Below are positions 50,970 to 58,908 of a stretch of 64,000 nt of DNA, one piece after another (within the stretch, counting starts at the first letter, position 1; every line of letters begins with the position of its first letter). Both the position numbers and the translations under genes were made by a program. The DNA comes from Clostridia bacterium (lineage in GTDB: Bacteria > Bacillota > Clostridia > RGIG6154): positions 289 through 64,288 of the forward strand of contig JAZROD010000002.1 of NCBI GenBank assembly GCA_045648505.1, read 5' to 3'. The notes beneath the pieces were generated by a model that was given only the letters and a program-made list of their open reading frames with translations, did not search any database and was not told the DNA's origin.

Positions 50970-51917
50970 TTAATCAAGACTCCAATACCATTGGTTGTTT
51001 GCCCTCTTCGATTTAATCCCTAATTCATCCTTGGCAGACCTTAAGGTTCTCTCTGCGATACCTTTTTTCGTGGCAAGTTCATTAATTTCTGTTTGCGGTA
51101 ATGGTCCATTTGCAAGAGTGTTTTCAAGGAACTCTATTGCAGCTTGTTTCCTTGCACCTTTTGCTGTTCCTGAAAGCAAGTCATCAGCCGTAACGTCGTA
51201 TTCACCTATCCACTAAAAGCCGTTTTCCTCACTTAGTCTGAATGCAAGAGATTTTGCTTCGGGAGCGAGTGAACTTTTAGTTTGGCATACAACTCTGATT
51301 TCAGGCTCGTCCTTTATTCTACCGACAATTAAAACACTTCTTGCTGCCGCCTGAAAGTCAATAGAACCTAAACCTCTGTATGCCGATTTTCCCATACTGC
51401 TTTTGTTCATATGCCCGATTAAGATAATCGCACACTTGTATTTTTCTGCAAGCTCGGCAATGTGTTTCATAACAGGTCGTATTTCATTGGCTCTGTGCAT
51501 ATCTACATCAGCACCCAAGAACCCTTGTATGGGATCTAAAACAACAAGCTTTGCATTTGTTTCAACAATGGCTTGTTCAAGGCGTACATCACGCATTGTA
51601 AGCGGTGTGTCTTTATCATCAATCACAAGCACTTTTGAGCAGTCTGCATCAGCAGATAACAGACGAGGTTTGATTGTATCCGCCAATCCATCCTCTGCCG
51701 TTTGATAGATAACATTTATCGGTTCTTTTGCTTCTTCATTTACAATGCTTTCACCTTTGGTAAGCCTTGCAATAATCTGAAGCACAAGAGTTGTTTTACC
51801 TTCGCCAGGATCACCCTGAATTATCGTTATCTTTCCGTATGGAATAAAAGGATAAATCAGCCATTTTACTTCTTCGACTTCTACATCTTCCATATTTATC
51901 AGTTTCAAATTTGACAA
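50970..51917 (-). pseudogene. AAA (RepA/AAA_25-like) ATPase interrupted by in-frame TAG at 51213-51215
   Basis: Walker A GDPGEGKT, LDPIQ, GHMNK, RGLGSIDF. ORFs 51213..51917 and 50970..51179 share a frame and read ENGF*WIGEYDVTADDLLSG into a C-terminal HTH. Confidence 0.85.
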
Positions 51918-52021
51918 TTTTCTTCACCTCCTATTGAAAAATCAATAGGAATGTGGTAAAATACCATTGTGGGGTGTGTGGTTCTTACCACATTCCTCGT
52001 CCTAAGGTATTTGCCGATACT

Positions 52022-52366
52022 TTAGGACTTTTTCTTTTCTTTAAGACCATTGTAAGTTTCTGCAACGATCTTTATTATTGCAAGGAGTTCATTGTCAACA
52101 TTTGCACCGTTTTCGATACGCCTGAGTTCAGTTAAGATTTCGGTCATTTGGTTCCTAAGTGCCTTAAACACTCGAGTGTTTGGCTGAACCACTACATCTC
52201 GTTCAAGTAACCGTCTTATCATATATTCCTGTTTTGTAAGCCCTGATAATCTTACACGAGTGTCTAAATCCTTCCATTCTTCAGGTGACATCATAAACGA
52301 CGAAGCCTTGTTTCGCCATCTGCCCTTTGCATCCAACTTCTTATCCAAGTAATTCACTTCTTTCAT
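52022..52366 (-). CDS. Ribbon-helix-helix mobilisation/regulatory protein
   Basis: GRWRNK..SFMMSPEE...LSGLTKQEY...NTRVFKALRNQM. Confidence 0.75.
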   Translation of the reverse strand: MKEVNYLDKKLDAKGRWRNKASSFMMSPEEWKDLDTRVRLSGLTKQEYMIRRLLERDVVVQPNTRVFKALRNQMTEILTELRRIENGANVDNELLAIIKIVAETYNGLKEKKKS

Positions 52367-53417
52367 TTTCTAATTTATTTGCCATTTCAACCTGGGTGGA
52401 TGGGAACATATGCGCATAGTTATATGTAATGTCAATACTTTGGTGTCCCACTCTTTTTGCGATCGCTACCGCTGAGAACCCTAATTCGATAAGGTGTGAA
52501 ATATGACTGTGCCTTAATGAATGGATAGGTATTCGTTTTACTCCAGCAGTTTTTGAACCTCTGTTCATTTCGTGATGCAAATAGCTTTTTGTTACAACAA
52601 ACATCCTATCGTTAGGTTGGATGCCATATAAGCTATCTAAATACTCCTGAATTTCTTCACATAAAAAATCGGGAATATTTATCACTCTAATGCTGTTTTC
52701 TGTTTTTGGAAGTGTTATAACATCTTTACCACCAAATCTCTGATATGATTTTGATATGGATAATGTTTTCTTTTTGAAATCAAAATCCGAGGGTGTTAAA
52801 GCTAACAACTCACCAAGCCTTATGCCCGTCCAATAAAGAGTTTCAAAGGCATAATAGGATAAAGGTTTATCCATCATTTCATCAATGAATTTAAAGTATT
52901 CTTCCTTTGTCCAAAATGGCTTTTCCTTGCTTTTTGCTTTGCCCATATTACCAACCTTGGCAGCAGGGTTGCACGAAAGTCCATAAAATCTTACTGCGTG
53001 ATTGAGTATTGCACTAAACTGATTATGAAGCGTTTTAAGATATACCGGAGAAAAAGGTTTTCCGTTTTCATCACGATAATTTATCATTTCATTCTGCCAA
53101 GCAATAATATCTTTAGGTTGAATTTCTGATAACCTCTTCTTCCCAAAGTAAGGAAGTAACTTCTTTTCAATAATGCTGTCCTTTGTTCTCCAAGTGTGCT
53201 CCTTGATGCGCATTCCCAAATCAGTTCTGTAAAGTTCTACAAAACTACTGAATGTCATATCGATATCAGCTTTTGCTTTAATAAGCTGTTCACGTTCCCA
53301 AGATTGAGCCTCTCGCTTGGTTTTGAATCCTCGTTTTTGTGTTTGTTTTCTTTCTCCTGTCCAGTCAGTGTAACGATACACCGCTCTCCAATTTTCACCG
53401 TCTTTGTAAATAGCCAT
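52341..53417 (-). CDS. int: Tyrosine integrase of element 1
   Basis: Arm-binding N-terminus (KRGFKTKREA), TGIRLGELLAL, HSLRHS, RVGH...TYNYAH catalytic residues. Confidence 0.95.
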   Translation of the reverse strand: MAIYKDGENWRAVYRYTDWTGERKQTQKRGFKTKREAQSWEREQLIKAKADIDMTFSSFVELYRTDLGMRIKEHTWRTKDSIIEKKLLPYFGKKRLSEIQPKDIIAWQNEMINYRDENGKPFSPVYLKTLHNQFSAILNHAVRFYGLSCNPAAKVGNMGKAKSKEKPFWTKEEYFKFIDEMMDKPLSYYAFETLYWTGIRLGELLALTPSDFDFKKKTLSISKSYQRFGGKDVITLPKTENSIRVINIPDFLCEEIQEYLDSLYGIQPNDRMFVVTKSYLHHEMNRGSKTAGVKRIPIHSLRHSHISHLIELGFSAVAIAKRVGHQSIDITYNYAHMFPSTQVEMANKLENERSELLG

Positions 53418-53418
53418 A

Positions 53419-53610
53419 TTATTTACTCCTTTCTGATTTTTGATATTTTACTTTCTCAAGAAAGTATGTCTTGCTGACTCTGCCTGCAATAGCGTGGTAT
53501 CCTTGTTGCCTTAGTTCCGAGTTCATTTTTCGGATAACCTTGTAAGCATAGGATTTAGAAACGCCAAGCATTTGCCGTACTTCATCAACCGTTAGAAATA
53601 AATTTTCCAT
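53419..53610 (-). CDS. xis: Excisionase-like HTH protein
   Basis: MENLFLTVDEVRQMLGVSKSYAYKVIRKMN...GRVSKTYF, directly upstream of int, AGGAGG RBS. Confidence 0.82.
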   Translation of the reverse strand: MENLFLTVDEVRQMLGVSKSYAYKVIRKMNSELRQQGYHAIAGRVSKTYFLEKVKYQKSERSK

Positions 53611-53762
53611 GTTTCGCCTCCTAATCTTAATAAATTTCAACCAAACCCGTTTGACAATTCTGTATGCTCATTCTTTATTTTTTTCTTTTTTTCATATCTA
53701 TTTGTCTTATTTTGGGTTTGTGTTGATGTATCATTATTATCAAATTCGTTAATGACAAGGTC

Positions 53763-53860
53763 ATTGTACATTATTCTTTGGATAATGTCAAGTGTTTTTT
53801 GAAGTTTTATTATCTAATTGATTGGAAAAGATTGACTAACTCAAACGAATATGCTATAAT
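53763..53860. promoter_or_regulatory. Divergent sigma-A promoters (xis-int operon and repressor)
   Basis: Minus strand: TTGACA-17-TACAAT (53791-53763). Plus strand: TTGACT-17-TATAAT (53832-53860). Confidence 0.75.
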
Positions 53861-53893
53861 AAGTGCGATAATAGAAAGAATGGAGCTAATAAA

Positions 53894-54340
53894 ATGGCAA
53901 TTGGAGAAAGAATAAGATTTATAAGAAACTTACACGGAGCTACGCAAAAATGGCTTGGATTAAAGCTTGGTTTTAGTGAAAAGACTGCTGAAACTCGTGT
54001 GGGTCAGTATGAAATCGGTGCAAGAACACCTAAAGATGAAATGATTAAGGATATTGCAGAGATATTCGGCGTATCACCTCAGGCAATCAAATTACCTGAC
54101 CTTGATAATTACAACGCCGTACTGCATACCCTTTTTGCAATAGAAGATATATACGGATTAACTATCAATATGCTTGATGATGAGTTCTGTCTCACACTTG
54201 ACAGAGAAAACTCTTCTTACTTTGCTATGTACGATATGCTTCGTGCGTGGAATAAAGTTGCGCGTAAATATAGAAATGGCGAAATAACAAAAGAAGAATA
54301 TGATAGTTGGAGATATAATTATCCGGAATCCATAAAATAA
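53894..54340 (+). CDS. XRE-family HTH repressor
   Basis: IGERIRFIRNLHGATQKWLG...RVGQYEIGARTPK. Confidence 0.9.
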   Translation: MAIGERIRFIRNLHGATQKWLGLKLGFSEKTAETRVGQYEIGARTPKDEMIKDIAEIFGVSPQAIKLPDLDNYNAVLHTLFAIEDIYGLTINMLDDEFCLTLDRENSSYFAMYDMLRAWNKVARKYRNGEITKEEYDSWRYNYPESIK

Positions 54341-54351
54341 GGAGCATTTAA

Positions 54352-55137
54352 ATGAAAAAAGATAAAAATTCAAATTTTAGTATTTGTGTATGGCTTGGGA
54401 TAATATCTTTTATTCTGCTTTGTGGCGTTATTATATTTGCTGCATATCTTTATAAATTTAACCCTCTATCAATGTTTAGCCATATTTTCCACTTAGATGA
54501 AAGCGTTGGGTGGAACGCATTAGAAGCCTTAGGCACAATTGGCATAGGACTTGCTACGCTTTGGCTTTCTAGTAAGGTATCAAAATTTCAAGAAAATCAA
54601 GCAAATATTCAAAATATGCAAAGTATGTTATATATTGAGCCACATATTTTAGTGGATTCATTTGAGCTTTTTTCTGCTGAATATGAATTAAACGATAAGA
54701 AAACAGAAATTAAAACACTTAAAGGAATCGATTATCCATTCTTTACTAATCGTAAAGAAAATCTTGATTTGAACGACATGTACATATTAGCAATAACATT
54801 CATTAATACATCCGAAGCTTTTGCACGTTTACGATTTAATGAAGCAACAATAACCAATGGAAGCGAAATAATAGGAAGCTTTAATATGTCGACTTTTGGA
54901 ACACATAAGAATCATATCATGTTAAAAAAAGAGGAATGTAAAACAATCGGGTTAGTCATAAATAGTGAAAGCAAGAAAAAATTGAGAGGTTCAAAAATAA
55001 CAATTTCTTGTTTCTTAGACAACAATTATAATTCCACTTTTAAAGATGTGCAGTCCTATATTTTAACAAGTGAATCAGACGGAATGATTTCTTTTATGCC
55101 AACAAAACTATCCGATAATACATACGAAGAAGTATAA
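54352..55137 (+). CDS. Hypothetical membrane protein (two N-terminal hydrophobic helices)
   Basis: 261-aa ORF with AAGGAG RBS, co-transcribed with the repressor, followed by a terminator. Confidence 0.75.
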   Translation: MKKDKNSNFSICVWLGIISFILLCGVIIFAAYLYKFNPLSMFSHIFHLDESVGWNALEALGTIGIGLATLWLSSKVSKFQENQANIQNMQSMLYIEPHILVDSFELFSAEYELNDKKTEIKTLKGIDYPFFTNRKENLDLNDMYILAITFINTSEAFARLRFNEATITNGSEIIGSFNMSTFGTHKNHIMLKKEECKTIGLVINSESKKKLRGSKITISCFLDNNYNSTFKDVQSYILTSESDGMISFMPTKLSDNTYEEV

Positions 55138-55140
55138 TAA

Positions 55141-55174
55141 AAGAGCTAACTGATTTTAATTTCAGTTAGCTCTT
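55141..55174 (+). terminator. Rho-independent terminator
   Basis: AAGAGCTAACTGA-loop-TCAGTTAGCTCTT followed by AATTTTT. Confidence 0.75.
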
Positions 55175-55190
55175 AATTTTTAATATTTAA

Positions 55191-55365
55191 TGTTGCCAAA
55201 TCGTTGCCATTTTCATTTGAAAATGCCCGAAAACGGCGTGGTTATGCGGTTTTCGCTCCGCGATTCGTCATTCCCACTCGGCTTGTTATATAGGTTTAAA
55301 AACCGCATAACAAGGCGGTTTTTAATTGGTATATAGTAAAATGTAGTCAAAATTGTGGTCAAAAA
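55191..55365. repeat. Hybrid att site: guaA-3'-like core with flanking inverted and arm-type direct repeats
   Basis: Core TCATTCCCACTCG (55268-55280; minus strand C GAG TGG GAA TGA = EWE*). Inverted repeat GTTATGCGGTTTT/AAAACCGCATAAC. Direct repeats GTTGCCA x2 (left) and TGTRGTCAAAA x2 (right). Confidence 0.72.
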
Positions 55366-55666
55366 TTACATTAAAAATTATAACACATTATAAAAAGATA
55401 TGCAAGCATATTTGAAATATTTGTATATCTTAAATTTTAGGCGGGTTTACCCGCCCCAAAGTGCGAAGCACTATTTTTTCAGTATGGCGGGTTTTATCTC
55501 GTCTACTGAAAAAATCTCTCCTTGCTCGCACCCTATACAAAACATACTTGTTAGGTTGCCCCTTGAAAGAGTTAAGGGGAAACCTTATCACACTAAAATA
55601 TACTAAACTTTTTCTGTGGAAGGGGTTTTGATACCATACTAATATACATTACATAAAATAAAAAAA

Positions 55667-55826
55667 CACTCTGCACACTCTATAAAACACTGTATTTATG
55701 CAGATATAAATTTACATAAATTTTATCATGTAGAAAGGGCGGGGTCACGGATGATGCGAAACAATATCCGTGACCCCGCCCTTTCTACTAACTGCATTAT
55801 ACAGTAGTTTTAGGTGGTGCAGAGTG
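55667..55826. repeat. Nested inverted repeat (23-bp perfect inner stem, ~35-bp imperfect outer stem)
   Basis: GTAGAAAGGGCGGGGTCACGGAT (55730-55752) / ATCCGTGACCCCGCCCTTTCTAC (55766-55788). Outer arms 55667-55703 and 55792-55826. Confidence 0.9.
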
Positions 55827-55893
55827 CAACCATATTATTTTATATATTCTTTCAAGATTAGTACAACTATGTTACATCACAAAAGAATACCTT

Positions 55894-56658
55894 TTATTTC
55901 TTTTCAAGACGAGCTTCAACAATACCTATTGTTGACCAAAAACCTTGTCCGTAAACATTCGGAACATCAGCGTTTATTTTTAATACTTTATAATTTGATA
56001 TATCTATGTCAAAATCTGTTGTCTTTGCACCTTTTGATATAGGTGGTGAAGTATATAACAATTTACCATCTCCATATATCTTGATAATTGCAGTTTGAGT
56101 ATTTTGTGAATCGCCACATACTATCTTACCTTTAAAAGTCTTATAATTATTATTTAGTAAATATTCCACATTTTGATATGACAAAAGTGTTCCGTCGTTG
56201 TCTTTTGTCGCACCATAGCCCTGAGAATAACCAAGTTTAAGTTCTATACCTCGTTCATATTTAATGCCATCTTGTGCTTCTTCTCCTGTTTTCCACGCCT
56301 TTAAGGTATTTTCATTTCCACTTGTTTCATAATTAGCATACCCCATTTGGTCTAACCAATCATAGTTTTTTGTTCCTAAAATAACGGTGCTTGTTTGAGG
56401 CTCCCACTCCACATCTTTATCAAAAGCATTTGCAATTCCACGAACAGGCAAATATGTAGTGCCATTGTAAATAAAAGGCTCTACAACATTACCATTAGCG
56501 TCCTTTGCAGTATATTCTACACCATCGATTAAAATTTTAATATTATCATATATAACACTGATAGTTTCCGTAGTCTGTTTGGCAAATACAGTAACACTTA
56601 ACACAAGTATTACAGCAATAGCAATTAAAATTGTCCGTGATTTTTTGTTTTTAAACAT
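55894..56658 (-). CDS. Secreted protein with copper-amine-oxidase-N (stalk) domain and NPCBM/NEW2 carbohydrate-binding domain
   Basis: Signal peptide; PFIYNGTTYLPVRGIANAFDKDVEW; EYLLNNNYKTFKG...IYGDGKLLYTS...DFDIDIS. Confidence 0.85.
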   Translation of the reverse strand: MFKNKKSRTILIAIAVILVLSVTVFAKQTTETISVIYDNIKILIDGVEYTAKDANGNVVEPFIYNGTTYLPVRGIANAFDKDVEWEPQTSTVILGTKNYDWLDQMGYANYETSGNENTLKAWKTGEEAQDGIKYERGIELKLGYSQGYGATKDNDGTLLSYQNVEYLLNNNYKTFKGKIVCGDSQNTQTAIIKIYGDGKLLYTSPPISKGAKTTDFDIDISNYKVLKINADVPNVYGQGFWSTIGIVEARLEKK

Positions 56659-56742
56659 TTGTAATTCCTCCTAAAAGTTTTATAATTTCACGCACACTTT
56701 TTCACGAAAAATATTTATTCTCCTTTCGATTTCCCATAAATT

Positions 56743-56970
56743 AAAAAAGGTGTGCAACTATCGAAGCTGCACACCGAAAAATGCAAACTCCGATTTGTTG
56801 TCACACAAAATTAAAAATAGGGCGAAATATACTTATTTACATACCGCTACTTGTGAAATTTGCATTTTTGCCAATTTAATATGTAACGATATGCAAATAA
56901 AAGGGTATAATACCCCCCTTAACAAAAAAATAAGTAATTTCGCTATTTGATTTTTAATTTCATGTGACAT
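56743..56970 (-). ncRNA. Candidate structured leader RNA / attenuator with intrinsic terminator
   Basis: Extended -10 TGGTATAAT at 56984-56976. Long closing stem, loop segment complementary to the 3' flank, terminator GGTGTGCAGC-loop-GTTGCACACC-T6 about 85 nt before the cargo ATG. Confidence 0.6.
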
Positions 56971-57040
56971 ATAGTATTATACCACCAAATGCGGAGAAAT
57001 ACAATATAAAATATGATTTTCGCAAACTATACCAAACGAA

Positions 57041-57848
57041 TTAAACTGTTATTCGTTCATTAAGATATTCAATAAGCATTTTTTTAAAATACTTTATCGG
57101 GTCGGCAATTTCACTTTTTTCTTCAAACTCTGTGTATTTATCAAACAATGCTATTAACTTTTTAGCCGTCAAGTATTTCAGTTTGTATTTATGCGGAGAA
57201 TCAAAAACACTTACTATTCCCGCACGCATAAATAACAATCGCAAATATGCGGGCTGTGATAATATTTTTACATATTCGTCTGTCAAATTAATTTCAAGCC
57301 TTTTAAATACTTGATGTAATTCTTCTTGTTCTTCCGTTCCAAAATCTATGCTTGAAATATAATCTTTCAGTCCTTGTATTTTATTATTATATATTTTATT
57401 ATTTGTGTTAAAATTTTTGTCCTCTTGCGGTGCAGATTTTTTATTGCTTGTTGTTAAAATTTTTAACTGCTGTAAATTCTGCGGGTTTTGTCTCGCTTTT
57501 TCTAATTTGTCAAATAATTTTGAAATACTTTCAAAATTGATTTTAAAATGTCTTTTGGCGGGTATTCCCTTTGATACAACGGTTAAAATATTAAGCTCTG
57601 CAAGTTTATTTATTGCCTTTCTTTGTTCGTGTCCTGACAGACAAGTTTCATTTTCTAAATGTTCAACAGTAGAGTAAAAATAGCCGTCCTCGGTCAATGT
57701 TCCTTTATCTTTATAATAATTATATTCACTTATTAACTGCATTAGTAGTACAGTGGCATTTATGCCGTATTGCTTTTGCAAGTGGTTTGTTAATATGCCA
57801 ATACCCGCCCTGCGATAATGTGTATGTTATAATATTTTCACAACTCAT
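57041..57848 (-). pseudogene. Winged-helix replication initiator-like protein with +1 frameshift near 57775
   Basis: RBS AAGGAGG + ATG at 57848 gives MSCENIITYTLSQGGYWHINKPLAK. Removing one A from GCAAAAGC joins it to QYGINATVLL...DGYFYSTVEHLENETCLS...KGIPAKRHFKIN, a phage/plasmid Rep-like N-terminus. Confidence 0.7.
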
Positions 57849-58072
57849 TTTTATTCCCTCCTTAAAAACTCAACGCCTTAAAATGCGTTTTAACAGCTTT
57901 TCTAAAACTTTTAATATAAAATTATACCTCACATATAAAAAGGCAATAATATGCCTTTTTGTGCCTTTAAAACACACAGTATTTTTCGTGTGAATTATAT
58001 AATAAAATATTAAATAATACAACAATTTAGTAAAAAGTTTTGAAAAGTTGTTCTAACTGCTAACAAAAAATT

Positions 58073-58105
58073 ATAGCAGTAGGTTTCGTTTATGCCTACT
58101 GCTAT
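58073..58105 (-). terminator. Terminator of the J-domain gene
   Basis: ATAGCAGTAGG/CCTACTGCTAT stem with a T-run on the minus strand. Confidence 0.7.
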
Positions 58106-58110
58106 TTGAT

Positions 58111-58626
58111 TTATGCGGTTTTATCTTCTAGTTTGTCTGTACCTTTGCTGTATGCTTTACCGCTTGTGCCATACATTTCACGAATTTCGTCAAACTCATA
58201 ATTTTTACGGCTTTTACATCTGTAATTTTCAGGTTTTAGAAACCACGCTGTTTTTTTACTGTGCCATTGAAATTTTAATTCTTTTAACTTATCTTTGTAC
58301 GCTTTGGTGTTTCCTGTTACCCACACGAAACAACCGATAATTTCGATTTCTATATCGTCCATTTTCATTAACTCATTTATTAAGTCTTTGAATTGGTCGG
58401 ATGTTTCTGTTGATGTCTGTTTCGCCGTATAAGTTTCACCATCTTTCGTTTGATGTATGTCTTTGAGTATCTTGAACAGCTTGTCATATTCATTGTTGAC
58501 AGCTTTCATTTTCTCGGCATCACCGCCTTTGTCGGGGTGGTGCATAAATACCAACTTTCTATATTGCTTTTTTAACTCTTCAAGCGTTTTTGGTGTTGGT
58601 GTAAAATAATTTAAAACTTCTCTCAT
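58111..58626 (-). CDS. J-domain (DnaJ-like) mobile-element protein
   Basis: ELKKQYRKLVFMHHPDKGG (HPD motif); C-terminal IEIIGCFVWVTGNTK...WHSKKTAWF domain. Confidence 0.88.
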   Translation of the reverse strand: MREVLNYFTPTPKTLEELKKQYRKLVFMHHPDKGGDAEKMKAVNNEYDKLFKILKDIHQTKDGETYTAKQTSTETSDQFKDLINELMKMDDIEIEIIGCFVWVTGNTKAYKDKLKELKFQWHSKKTAWFLKPENYRCKSRKNYEFDEIREMYGTSGKAYSKGTDKLEDKTA

Positions 58627-58635
58627 TTCAATTCC

Positions 58636-58833
58636 TCCTATACTTTGAATTTTTAAATATTAAGTTGTCAATGTTCGTAGCAATATAAAAACACGATCAA
58701 AAAAGACAAGTCAACAGAAACATGGAATAACGAAGCAAAGCGAGTATATGCCGTGAAAGTCTGTTTACTTGGCGTTTTGCCGTGTTATCTTGCAAGTAGA
58801 ACATGACACAATAGTTAAAAATTGAGTATAGGA
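58636..58833 (-). promoter_or_regulatory. Long imperfect inverted repeat resembling a single-stranded (Frpo/ssi-type) promoter
   Basis: ~200-nt fold-back TCCTATACT...AGTATAGGA. One arm carries TTGACT...TATATT, the opposing arm mismatched TTTACT...TATCTT. Confidence 0.6.
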
Positions 58834-58864
58834 AATTATGATAAGTTTTGTTTTTATACAAACA

Positions 58865-58896
58865 AAAACAGGCGTATAAGTTAAACGCCTGCTTTT
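58865..58896 (-). terminator. Terminator of the transfer operon
   Basis: AAAAACAGGCGT-loop-ACGCCTGCTTTT just after the M48 gene stop. Confidence 0.65.
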
Positions 58897-58908
58897 GATA
58901 ATTTATAT

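Larger units (their letters stand above)
48400..55280. mobile_element. Integrative mobilisable element 1 (MOB-P relaxase; left end not identified)
   Basis: Relaxase-mobC-tnpV-AAA RepA-mobC-like-int-xis operon with a divergent XRE repressor; right end at the guaA-like core. No T4SS genes. Confidence 0.85.

Noticed and set aside
55400-55606. 68-aa + strand ORF (also 56750..56950 and 57697..57993)
   Set aside because: Overlap structured non-coding DNA or antisense genes; no RBS or coding signature.
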